In this document: piece by piece, positions 8,763 to 17,449 of the stretch
Layout of the letters: every line of letters begins with the position of its first letter
How positions within the stretch are numbered: the stretch's first letter is position 1
Assembly (NCBI GenBank): GCA_963598415.1
Contig: CAVBUH010000050.1
Coordinates: forward strand, 14,189-78,188
Source of the DNA: Selenomonadaceae bacterium
GTDB taxonomy: Bacteria; Bacillota; Clostridia; Oscillospirales; CAG-272
Direction: 5' to 3'
Length of the DNA stretch: 64,000 bases
Notes under the pieces: generated by a model
The model's database searches: none
What the model was told of the DNA's origin: nothing
The model's input: the letters and a program-made list of their open reading frames with translations, nothing else
Program-made: the position numbers and the translations under genes

Positions 8763-9935
8763 TTAAGTATTCTGACGCTGAACGTCTTTTTCGTTTTCCT
8801 TAACCTTTTCAAGCAGCGCCTGAATCCGCTCCGCGGGCTTTAGAAGGTGACTTATTGTTTCATCGCGGTTAAGCGTATCGACAATAAGAGCAACATATTT
8901 ACCGAGATCGACTTCTGCGTACCATTCGCGCGCCCGAAGCTCCGGAGAACGGTATATAAGGTTGGTAGTGAATATCTTGGTAAAAAGACCTTCCGAATAT
9001 GCCTTGTCCATGGAGTCAAGACCTTCACAGAAGAGTCCGAAGGTAGCAAAGGCAAAGATACGTTTTGCTCCCCGTTCCTTCAGATTGGTAGCGACGTCGA
9101 TGATTGATTGACCGGAGGATATAATGTCGTCTACAATGATTACGTCCTTGCCCTTGACGGAGCGTCCGAGATATTCGTGAGCTACGATCGGATTTTTTCC
9201 GTTTATGACCTGAGTATAGTCGCGGCGCTTATAGAACATACCGAGGTCAAGAGAAAGCATGGAGGAGTAATACATACATCTGGTCATTCCGCCCTCGTCG
9301 GGGGAAATCATCATCAGGTGGTCCTTATCAAGCTGCATGTCGGGTATTTTTTTTATAAGCGCTTTGATCATCTGATAGGTTGGCTGTACGTTGTCAAAGC
9401 CGATCAGGGGAATTGCATTCTGAATACCGATATTATGTACATCAAAGGTTACAATATTCGTAACCCCCATATTTTCAAGCTCTTTTAGGGCTACGGCGCA
9501 GTCAAGAGATTCCCTCACATGACGTTTATCCTGACGGCTCTCATAAAGCATGGGCATAATCACAGTAATGCGGCGCGCTTTTCCGGCTATGGCGTTGATA
9601 ACCCTTTTCAGGTCCGCGAAATGGTCATCGGGGCTCATCGGAAATTCGGCTCCGTACATTTTAAATTTAACGCCGTAGTTGTACATATCCGCTATGATAT
9701 ATACATCATGTCCCCGCATGGATTCATGAAGCACTGCTTTTCCCTCGCCGTTTCCGAATCTTTTGCACTCCGGAACAACGATGTAGGAGGTGCTTCCCCT
9801 GCTTCCTCTCCATTCATGCAGATAGTCGTCAACCTCCTCGACAAACTGTTCGCATCCGGGCATTCCTATTACCGACAATTCACCGTAATAAGTGTTTTCC
9901 ATCAGAAATAATGAGTCCGCTTTATGGGCAGACAA
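8763..9935 (-). CDS. prs: ribose-phosphate pyrophosphokinase (long clostridial-type form)
   Basis: Motifs ..RITVIMPMLYESRQDKR.. and the PRPP-binding loop VIIVDDIISSGQS. The start is uncertain (TTG 9935 or ATG 9902). Confidence 0.85.
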   Translation of the reverse strand: MSAHKADSLFLMENTYYGELSVIGMPGCEQFVEEVDDYLHEWRGSRGSTSYIVVPECKRFGNGEGKAVLHESMRGHDVYIIADMYNYGVKFKMYGAEFPMSPDDHFADLKRVINAIAGKARRITVIMPMLYESRQDKRHVRESLDCAVALKELENMGVTNIVTFDVHNIGIQNAIPLIGFDNVQPTYQMIKALIKKIPDMQLDKDHLMMISPDEGGMTRCMYYSSMLSLDLGMFYKRRDYTQVINGKNPIVAHEYLGRSVKGKDVIIVDDIISSGQSIIDVATNLKERGAKRIFAFATFGLFCEGLDSMDKAYSEGLFTKIFTTNLIYRSPELRAREWYAEVDLGKYVALIVDTLNRDETISHLLKPAERIQALLEKVKENEKDVQRQNT

Positions 9936-10198
9936 CTCCTTCCGTACTTACTATATAAGATACAATATACTATTATTCGATATAATTATATCATATATTT
10001 ATCGACTTATCAAGATGTGATTTCAGGTTTATTCATATTTTGACAAAAAAACAGCGACAAATTTAGGATTAACAATGCGGCGGATTTAGTGAAAAAGATA
10101 GAATCATGGATTTGCCTGTACAGAGAAGCAGTCTGAAAACAAACGGCTCCCCCTAACTGAAGACAAAGTATATTGCAGGGCTTCGTCTCATCTCTTGA

Positions 10199-10370
10199 TT
10201 AAGGCAGCAGCGTCGATTCGTGTCTTACGCCTTGACGGCAATCTGCCTCTCCGCTTCCCGTCATACTTCATAAATTTCGTCGGCAGAGGAGCTGCTCCTG
10301 TCTCCCGATATCGTCTGACCAAAATATGACTGCGCCTCTGTACCGTCAGAATCCGGCGGTATGTCCTTAG
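10199..10370 (+). repeat. family A repeat, copy A3
   Basis: TTAAGGCAGCAGCG..CGTCATACTTCATAAATTTCGTCGGCAGAGGAGCTGCTCCTG..ACCGTCAGAATCCGGCGGTATGTCCTTAG. Confidence 0.8.
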
Positions 10371-10401
10371 GAATTTTCGCCCTTGAGAATCTATTTTAAA
10401 A

Positions 10402-10561
10402 GGGCGCCTCTAAAAAACATTGCCCAAATCCGGCTCGATCTGTTTTCCGTCATTCGTCACAAAAATTCTTGACAGATGGTTACGCTGTCTGCAAAATTTT
10501 TGTTTAGACTGACGAAAAAATCTCTTTGCCGTCTATGTACACTGAATTTTTAGAGGTCCCC
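10402..10561 (+). repeat. family B repeat, copy B3
   Basis: Inverted termini GGGCGCCTCTAAAAAACATTG / CACTGAATTTTTAGAGGTCCCC, with a full-length internal match to B2 and B6. Confidence 0.85.
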
Positions 10562-10577
10562 TTTGATGAATCCGTCT

Positions 10578-12170
10578 TTACAGCGTTTCTATTTTTGCCG
10601 CTCCGTTTTTCATCAGATATTTTATGAAAATGAAAGAAACGGCAAAAACCAGAGCGTCGCAGAGCAGCAGGAACAGCGCGGTATTGAGAATTTCATCGAC
10701 GGCAAACCAAAGCACGCCGGCGGCTATGATGATTCCCCAATTGAGAAAAATCGAGAGCATAACGCTCATGCTTTGCTTTACCGCGACAGTCTCGTTGGTC
10801 CAATCAAGATTGGGAAATTTCAGATTCAGAGTAAGACCGAGTACGCCGAAGAGAAGGGAAAGTCCGCATGCCAGGACCGCGGAAAGAATTGCACTGATCG
10901 GATCCGAGGAAATAACGACGCTTAATATTGCGGAGCAGACGACTGCGGGAATAGCGGTAAGAATCATATGAAGCTTAAGCTTTGCTTTAAGAATCTGCCG
11001 GCCTCCTACCGGAAGCGACTGCAGAATCCAGAGATTTTTTCCCTCCAATGAGACCGAAGGGGCGGTAATCGTGTTTGTAGATATAAGAAAACCCAACAGT
11101 GCGCAGGCGATAAGCGGGAGTATTTCTGCCGCCCCCGGTATTTCCGCCGCTATGGCGTCGAGGCTGCTCTTTTTTATTGCGGCAAAAACAGCGCCGATGA
11201 TCATAATGATGGTACCAAGACCGCAGTTCAGCATATACACGGGACTTTTTCCGAATCTTATAAATTCTCGGCGTAAAAGCGCGCTGTCAGGGGAGCTTGT
11301 TTTCAGGACACGTTCTTTATAACGGATTTTTGCCGCGCCTTTCTTGGCCGAAGCGATTTTATGGAAGCTGAGTGACAGGATAAGATATACCGCGCCAAAA
11401 AGAACGGCGGTGATGCCGGTGAATATCAGAAAGGACAATCCGTTGCCAAGCGCTCCGCGTCCCATCTGAAAGAGAGGGTACAATGCATTTTTTATGTTTT
11501 TTCCGACGGCTTCGCTGTTTGCAATTAAAAGCTGCATCCAGGTATTGAGATTGGAATAAAGGTAAAAATATCCGCCGAGAAACCCAAGCGACAGAATTAT
11601 GCTTATAAGACTCTTGTTTCTCATTTTTGAGGAAATAAGAGCGATGAGCCATCCTAGTACACAGGTAAGGGCAAGACTCAGCAGGGGAAGAATAAGGAGG
11701 GTAAGGAGGAACAGCACGGCTTGAGAGACCGAGGGCGTGAAAAGCTTCCAGTGTGCTGCGGCGGTTGGCAGCAATATGAACGATTCGAAAAGCAGAGTTT
11801 GGATATACAAACCGAGCATACGGGCAAGCAAAATTGTACGGGAGGGAATCGGCATTGACAGCAAAAGCTCGTTATCTTTGGCGTCATACAACTGCGACTG
11901 TGTTGCGAAAACGCTTCCGATAACGCCGAACGCTGTAGCCATAAGTCCGCCGAGCGCATAATAAAGCCAACCCATTCCTGCCGATAGGAGAGGCTCGCAA
12001 ATAGAAGACATCATCATATAGAACACAAAAAACATTGCACCGAAGGCGTAAAGGAAAAGGAGCGCATATAAAAGCATGCTGAGCTTTGAACGTGGCTTTC
12101 CTCCCTTTTTGCCTCTGAAAAGGAAGGAGATCATTTCAAGAAGCTGTTTTTTTATCAGAGCCTTAGTCAT
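10578..12170 (-). CDS. ABC transporter permease (multi-pass membrane protein)
   Basis: About 530 aa and highly hydrophobic, with many predicted TM helices. ATG 12170 overlaps the ATPase stop by 8 nt (ATGACTAA). Confidence 0.7.
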   Translation of the reverse strand: MTKALIKKQLLEMISFLFRGKKGGKPRSKLSMLLYALLFLYAFGAMFFVFYMMMSSICEPLLSAGMGWLYYALGGLMATAFGVIGSVFATQSQLYDAKDNELLLSMPIPSRTILLARMLGLYIQTLLFESFILLPTAAAHWKLFTPSVSQAVLFLLTLLILPLLSLALTCVLGWLIALISSKMRNKSLISIILSLGFLGGYFYLYSNLNTWMQLLIANSEAVGKNIKNALYPLFQMGRGALGNGLSFLIFTGITAVLFGAVYLILSLSFHKIASAKKGAAKIRYKERVLKTSSPDSALLRREFIRFGKSPVYMLNCGLGTIIMIIGAVFAAIKKSSLDAIAAEIPGAAEILPLIACALLGFLISTNTITAPSVSLEGKNLWILQSLPVGGRQILKAKLKLHMILTAIPAVVCSAILSVVISSDPISAILSAVLACGLSLLFGVLGLTLNLKFPNLDWTNETVAVKQSMSVMLSIFLNWGIIIAAGVLWFAVDEILNTALFLLLCDALVFAVSFIFIKYLMKNGAAKIETL

Positions 12171-12876
12171 TTTTATCCTCCAATTCGAGGAATACCGATT
12201 CAAGAGAACCGTCTCCCTTTACCTCGTCCATTGTACCGGATTTAATCAGCTTTCCGTCCTTGATAATGGCAACCTTGTCACATAGCTTTTCGGCTACTTC
12301 AAGGACATGGGTAGAGAAAAAGATCGCATTGCCTTTATTGCATATTTCACGCATGATCTGTTTTAAAATATGTGACGCTTTCGGGTCAAGACCAACAAAC
12401 GGTTCGTCCATAATAATCAGCTTCGGTTCATGGAGCAGAGCGGATATTACGGTAAGCTTTTGCTTCATTCCGTGGGAATAAGCGCTGATCGGCTGAGCAA
12501 GGTCAGGAGTGAGCTCGAACAGGTCGGCATATTCCTTAATTCTCGCCTGACGGTCGCTCTGCGGCACGCCGAATATGTCGGATACAAAGTTGAGATATTG
12601 AATTCCGGTCATAAATTCGTAAAGATCGGGATTGTCGGGAATATAAGCAACCAATTTTTTACATGCAAGAGGCTGATCTTTTATCGATATTCCGTCGATA
12701 TAAATTTCGCCCGAATCGAAATTCATAATCCCGCAGCAGGCTTTTATGGTCGTTGTTTTTCCGGCGCCGTTATGACCGATAAAGCCGTAAATTTCTCCGT
12801 CTCCGATTGTGAGGGTGAGGTCGTCTACCGCCTTTTTATCGCCGTATTTTTTTGTCAGATGTTCAATTTTCAGCAT
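12163..12876 (-). CDS. ABC transporter ATP-binding protein
   Basis: Walker A GHNGAGKTT, signature SHGMKQKL, Walker B LIIMDEP. Start at ATG 12876 (MLKIEHLTKKYG). Confidence 0.9.
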   Translation of the reverse strand: MLKIEHLTKKYGDKKAVDDLTLTIGDGEIYGFIGHNGAGKTTTIKACCGIMNFDSGEIYIDGISIKDQPLACKKLVAYIPDNPDLYEFMTGIQYLNFVSDIFGVPQSDRQARIKEYADLFELTPDLAQPISAYSHGMKQKLTVISALLHEPKLIIMDEPFVGLDPKASHILKQIMREICNKGNAIFFSTHVLEVAEKLCDKVAIIKDGKLIKSGTMDEVKGDGSLESVFLELEDKND

Positions 12877-12895
12877 GGTATGCCGCCTTTCTTTA

Positions 12896-13057
12896 GGGTT
12901 GACTCTAAAATTTCTTCGCACAATGAATCGACCGAAGCTTTTCCGTTATTCGCCGCAAAAATTCTTTAGAGGGAAACCGTTTTGTGTGCGGATTTTTGCC
13001 CGGACCGACGAAAAATCTTCTCTGCGCTTATTGCATACAGAATATTCTGAGGTTCCC
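12896..13057 (+). repeat. family B repeat, copy B4 (divergent)
   Basis: GGGTTGACTCTAAAATTTC...GACGAAAAATCTTCTCTGCG...ATTCTGAGGTTCCC, collinear with B3. Lies 20 nt upstream of the ABC ATPase start codon. Confidence 0.6.
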
Positions 13058-13260
13058 TTTAATTTTTCAATTGATTGCAAGTCATCGTTTCCGTTTTAGA
13101 AGTCGGAATTGCTGCTTTACATTTTGTACAGTGTGAATTTGTTGTGCTCTTATTTGATTATATCATACAATCAAAAGATTGTCAATAGTAATCTAAAGAT
13201 TTTTCTTAAGCTGTCTTATAGAAAGCGGAATAAAAAGAGGGGATTTGTATTGATATAGGT

Positions 13261-13733
13261 AAATAATAATTTATTTTACTCTTGAAAGAGTGGGAACGTT
13301 TTCCGCATTTCTTTCTATAAAGAAAGAAACGCTCGCAAAGAAAGTTACAAGGTGGAGAACCGCTGCATTTCCCGAACGGAAATGCTACGCATGGTCCTCC
13401 CCCTTTGAACCCCCACTCCTATCTGGATGAAACCGTTTCTTCATTTTACAGAGGCAAAAACAAGCGTTAACTTGCGAAAATACGGTATTTTCCGTAAACT
13501 TTATCTGACGGTGAAATAGGAAAGAGGAGTTCCAAGGCAGTGACCGCTTTGCGGTAACGAGCAGTAACCGCTCCGCGGTAACTGCGGAAACCATGCGTAA
13601 GATTTTCGGGCTTTTTGTCCGAAAATCAAGCGGTTTCTTCCTTTGGTGACTTTCTTTGGAACTTTCTTTCTTCATAGAAAGAAAGTGGAAAGACATTCTC
13701 TTTCTCTTTCAAGAGTAATCTAAATTATTATTT
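13261..13733. repeat. long imperfect palindrome (arms about 135-145 bp, centre about 190 bp)
   Basis: Left arm 13261-13395 (AAATAATAATTTATTTTACTCTTGAAAGAG...GCTACGCATGGT). It is the imperfect reverse complement of the right arm 13590-13733 (ACCATGCGTAAG...CTCTTTCAAGAGTAATCTAAATTATTATTT). Confidence 0.8.
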
Positions 13734-13831
13734 GTCATCCCGTCCAGCATCCACCGAAGGAAATAATACTGCCCACACTAAAAAAGAAACACCGAGGCGA
13801 ATGGAATCGTTTTCGTGTTTCTTTTTCACTG

Positions 13832-13911
13832 TTAAGGAATCGCTGAACAAATCGGATATGCAGATTTCCGAGATGATTTATTGAACAGCAAGGCAAAAAA
13901 GCAGGAATATG
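13832..13911 (+). repeat. family E module, copy E1
   Basis: TTAAGGAATCGCTGAACAAATCGGATATGCAGATTTCCGAGATGATTTATTGAACAGCAAGGCAAAAAAGCAGGAATATGG. Matches 17101-17182, 42491-42569 and, in reverse, 45160-45210. Confidence 0.8.
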
Positions 13912-13949
13912 GTTAAGGCAATACCGCCAGGTTCTGACGGTATGCCTTA
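13912..13949. repeat. family A repeat, minimal copy A4 (termini only, 38 bp)
   Basis: TTAAGGCAATACCGCCAGGTTCTGACGGTATGCCTTAA, that is, only the two inverted termini between TTAA flanks. Confidence 0.75.
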
Positions 13950-14030
13950 ATATTTCAAGTTTTTTAACGATGACGGACAATCAATCTGCCCGAAAGATCC
14001 GTTGACGTTTTATTCAGTGATTCCTAAATA
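13950..14030 (+). repeat. family F module, copy F1
   Basis: TATTTCAAGTTTTTTAACGATGACGGACAATCAATCTGCCCGAAAGATCCGTTGACGTTTTATTCAGTGATTCCTAAATA matches 17363-17449. Confidence 0.8.
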
Positions 14031-14055
14031 AGTCATCTGATATCAAAGGCTGCTT

Positions 14056-15699
14056 TTACGGCACCTTCTTCAGGAGATGCATCTTTTCAAGAAGAGAGCA
14101 TATCTTTGTTCCCTTGGGAAGAAGCATAACATCCTCTCTTGTCAAGGCTTTAAAGAGAAAAATAACAAAGAAGTATACAACCATAGCCATTACAATCGAC
14201 AGCAAGAGCGCAGGATTTCTTCCGATAAAACCTTCGAGGCAGCCAAAGGAAAATATGGCTGTTAAAGCACAGATAACCGAGGCGGCAAAAGGTCTTATCA
14301 GTATTTTGCCTAAATTCGGAATAAAGCCGATATGCTTTTTCATAAAGAACAAATTGGAAACAGAAATTGCAAAACTGCCGAGGAAGGATGAGATCGGAGA
14401 ACCGTATATATTAAGCTCTGGTATCCCGACAAGAACATAAATAGAAACAAGCTTCACAATCGCGCCTATCAGCATGGATATAATCGGCTTTCTTTCAAGC
14501 TTATGTGCTTGAAGAAAGGCGCTTGTCATAGAAATCATACTGACAAAAAATACGGAAAGCGAGAGTATGGAGAGAAGCGGCGCCGCCGTTTCTGAAGAAG
14601 CATTATCTCCGAACAAAAGCTTAATGATGGGCTCCGACAAAACCGACATGCCAAGCGCGCAGGGCAGTTCAATAATTGCGGTTATCATAAGTGCGCCGTT
14701 CATAACACTTTTTGATCTTTTTCTGTTTCCGGAAGCAATAGAAGCCGCCATAAGCGGAACGATGGAGGCAGTCACCGGCGCTATCAATGCCGGCGGCAGA
14801 TTACAGAGCGGAGAAGCAAGCGTTTTATAATTGCCGATCATCTGAGCTGTTATATCTTCGCTGAAGCCGATGTCCTGAAGGCGATTAGAGAGAACCATTC
14901 CATCAATCACCGTCGAGAAACTTTGCACCGAGCTGCTTATTGTGATCGGAATCGCTATCATCATGAGAGTGACAAGAATCTTTTTCGTACTGCGTACCTC
15001 AAGACTCTCGTCGGCAAGTTCGGCGCACTCAAAGTCATATTTCTCCGGTTTAAATAAAAGCTTTGTCACAATCAGATAAATCATTCCCGCCGCAACGCCG
15101 ATCGTAAGACCGAACGCCGCGTATGCCGCAACAATATAGAGAGGATAACCTTTCTCAAGAGCATATCCGGCAAATAAAAGCCCGAGCACCAGCTTTCCTA
15201 CAGCCTCGATTACCTCCGATACTGCGGTCGGGAGCATATTCTGATAGCCCTGAAAATATCCGCGCAAAGCGCTTGCCACACAAATGAAAAAGAGCGTCGG
15301 CGCAATAGCCATCATGCAATATCCGCTGTTTTCTATCTTATATGCCTTCTCAAAGAACGGTGCTCCGAAAAGCATAACAGACATACCGGCAATTCCGATT
15401 ATAATAAACAAAGCTACCGTAACACGGAAAATTTTCTTGGTTTCTTTAATGTTGCCCTTTACCCTATCCTCGGAAATAAGCATGGAAATCGCCGTAGGAA
15501 GTCCGGTTGTGGCAATGGTAAACAACCACGCATATATATCGTAAGCGTTGTTATAATATGCCATACCGGCATCGCCGAGAATGTTATGAAGCGGTATTTT
15601 AAGTACAAGTCCGACAACCTTAACAAACAGGTTTCCGAGCGTCAATGCAATTACGCCGCCGAAAAATCTCGATTTGCTTCTTGCTTCTGTATTTTTCAC
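14056..15699 (-). CDS. MOP-superfamily flippase (SpoVB/MurJ-like polysaccharide biosynthesis protein)
   Basis: 547 aa with about 14 TM segments. The N-terminal region is ..LKIPLHNILGDAGMAYYNNAYDIY..TTGLPTAISMLISE, typical of SpoVB-type proteins. Confidence 0.8.
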   Translation of the reverse strand: MKNTEARSKSRFFGGVIALTLGNLFVKVVGLVLKIPLHNILGDAGMAYYNNAYDIYAWLFTIATTGLPTAISMLISEDRVKGNIKETKKIFRVTVALFIIIGIAGMSVMLFGAPFFEKAYKIENSGYCMMAIAPTLFFICVASALRGYFQGYQNMLPTAVSEVIEAVGKLVLGLLFAGYALEKGYPLYIVAAYAAFGLTIGVAAGMIYLIVTKLLFKPEKYDFECAELADESLEVRSTKKILVTLMMIAIPITISSSVQSFSTVIDGMVLSNRLQDIGFSEDITAQMIGNYKTLASPLCNLPPALIAPVTASIVPLMAASIASGNRKRSKSVMNGALMITAIIELPCALGMSVLSEPIIKLLFGDNASSETAAPLLSILSLSVFFVSMISMTSAFLQAHKLERKPIISMLIGAIVKLVSIYVLVGIPELNIYGSPISSFLGSFAISVSNLFFMKKHIGFIPNLGKILIRPFAASVICALTAIFSFGCLEGFIGRNPALLLSIVMAMVVYFFVIFLFKALTREDVMLLPKGTKICSLLEKMHLLKKVP

Positions 15700-15816
15700 T
15701 TATTTGCTTTCCTTCCGGACAATAATTAGTATATTTTCAAGACAATAACGCACAGTGCCCAGCGGCGCAGATATGCCGAAAAGGCATCAGCCGTGAATGG
15801 CGCGATATTGTCTTAA

Positions 15817-15974
15817 GGGGCTCCTCTAATAATTCAATGTTCACAGACGGCAAAGACATTTTTTGTCAGTCTAAACATAAATCCGGAGGCAGCGTAATCT
15901 CTGACAAGGATTTTTGTGACGAAGACCGAAAACAGCCTGAACCGGGTTTGTGCAGTGAATTTTTAGAGATTTCC
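15817..15974 (-). repeat. family B repeat, copy B5 (inverted orientation)
   Basis: GGGGCTCCTCTAATAATTCAATG...CAGTGAATTTTTAGAGATTTCC. The interior is the reverse complement of B2/B3. Confidence 0.8.
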
Positions 15975-16062
15975 TTAATAAAATTACCGGTTTCTATTTC
16001 AAAAATTTTTTCCGCAGCCTTTTCGCCTATCGGAAGAAAAAATTTATGCTCCTTTATATCCC

Positions 16063-16971
16063 TTATCCGATAAATTCTCTGAGAACCGAATCCTTCGGAA
16101 CATATTTTTCATCTATATCGGGAAAATCCCGGAGTTTTTCAATAAGCATTTTCGACTTGAGATAATACGAAGAACTCTCTCTTATCTGTTCAAGCAAAGT
16201 CATGAGCGGCTTTTTTAATACGCTTATTTCATATGCCATACCGGAATCGATTTTGATATCACAGCTATCCTTATACGGTTCAATATTCACAAGCTCATTC
16301 GCAATTACACCGTCCCAATGCGAAAAAGTAGTTTCCGCGTCGGTATTTCTGATGCGGCTGTCCCGTACAATGCGGCGCAGAAGGCGTATCTCTCTCGGAA
16401 GCCAGCTTCCGTACGGTGTATCAATTCCGTTTTCAACACTGATATATATTTTCAAAAGATGCTTCGGTTCGAAAAGAGCAGTTACCTCCGGATAAACCGC
16501 CTGAATCCCCTCGAAAATAAAGATATCCTTCTCTGTCGGAAGAAGCTCTGTATATCCTGCTCGTTTCCCTAATGTAAAATCAAAAGCAGGAAGTCTGAGT
16601 GGTTCAAGACGCTCTATTCCATTCACAAAAAAGCGAAGTTCCTCCATATCAATCGCCTTAACGGAATCTAAGTCAATAGGTACGCCGCTTTTCTTTGCCT
16701 CTGCGGCAAGAGTTTCACGATTAAGAAAAAAATCATCGATCGAAATGACCTTCACATCTTTTCCGGTTGCTTTCAGTTTATCGATAAGCATTCCGGCAGT
16801 GGTAGTTTTTCCGGAACAGGTCGGTCCCGATAAGGCTATAAAACGAAGATTGTCCCGCATAAGTGCCGCTTCCGCAGCCTTATCGAGCGAATTTCTGAAT
16901 TTATCTTCACAAAATACCGCAAAAGCCTTTTTTGAGCTTTCATCCGGGAAAGAATAACTGTAATATTTCAA
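16063..16971 (-). CDS. uridine kinase family P-loop nucleoside kinase-like protein
   Basis: Walker A SGPTCSGKTT followed by ..ISIDDFF... 302 aa with a PRK/uridine-kinase-like layout. Confidence 0.7.
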   Translation of the reverse strand: MKYYSYSFPDESSKKAFAVFCEDKFRNSLDKAAEAALMRDNLRFIALSGPTCSGKTTTAGMLIDKLKATGKDVKVISIDDFFLNRETLAAEAKKSGVPIDLDSVKAIDMEELRFFVNGIERLEPLRLPAFDFTLGKRAGYTELLPTEKDIFIFEGIQAVYPEVTALFEPKHLLKIYISVENGIDTPYGSWLPREIRLLRRIVRDSRIRNTDAETTFSHWDGVIANELVNIEPYKDSCDIKIDSGMAYEISVLKKPLMTLLEQIRESSSYYLKSKMLIEKLRDFPDIDEKYVPKDSVLREFIG

Positions 16972-17020
16972 AATAATATCTCCTTTTCACGAAAAATCAC
17001 GTTCCCGCTGTCCCGAGATG

Positions 17021-17104
17021 TTAAGGCAATACCGCGCTATGCAGCAGCAATTTTATATCTGCTGCTTCAGCGCACGATTCGTTTATTGTACGATGCTGCC
17101 TTAA
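17021..17104. repeat. family A-related short repeat, copy A5 (variant termini)
   Basis: TTAAGGCAATACCGCG...GATGCTGCCTTAA. The right end resembles the A3-type left end in inverted orientation. Shares its right TTAA with E2. Confidence 0.5.
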
Positions 17105-17182
17105 GGAATTGCTAAATCAATCGGCTATGCAGGTCTCCGAGATGATTTATTGAACGGCAAGGCAAAAAACACAGGAATATGG
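17101..17182 (+). repeat. family E module, copy E2
   Basis: TTAAGGAATTGCTAAATCAATCGGCTATGCAGGTCTCCGAGATGATTTATTGAACGGCAAGGCAAAAAACACAGGAATATGG. Confidence 0.8.
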
Positions 17183-17362
17183 TTAAGGCAACACCGCCGG
17201 GTTCACGGTTTGCGCTTTGATGATGCATCTGAGTGGCAATATCCCGTCATACTTCACAAATTTTTTCGGCAGAGGAGCCACCTCTTGTCTCCTCAATTGG
17301 TATCGTCTGACGAAAAACAGGACTGCGCCTCTATACCGTCATAACCCCGTGACATGCCTTAA
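17183..17362 (+). repeat. family A repeat, copy A6 (full length)
   Basis: TTAAGGCAACACCGCCGGGTTCACGG..CGTCATACTTCACAAATTTTTTCGGCAGAGGAGCCACCTCTTG..GACATGCCTTAA. Confidence 0.85.
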
Positions 17363-17449
17363 TACTTCAAGTTTTTTTAACGATGACGGGCAATCCAATC
17401 AATCTGCCGGAAAAATCCGTTGACGTTTTATTCAGTGATTCCTTAAATA
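17363..17449 (+). repeat. family F module, copy F2 (overlaps the hemZ 3' end)
   Basis: Matches 13950-14030. Its last 18 nt are the final codons and stop of the hemZ-like gene (..YLRNH*). Confidence 0.8.

Noticed and set aside
13261-13733. The long palindrome as a known structured RNA (RNase P, riboswitch, retron msr/msd) or as a protein gene (ORF 13385-13696, 103 aa).
   Set aside because: I could see no conserved RNA-family motifs. No reverse transcriptase or other partner gene is nearby. The ORF lacks an SD, is low-complexity and is created by the palindrome arms. The region is kept as a finding, but only as an unexplained structure.
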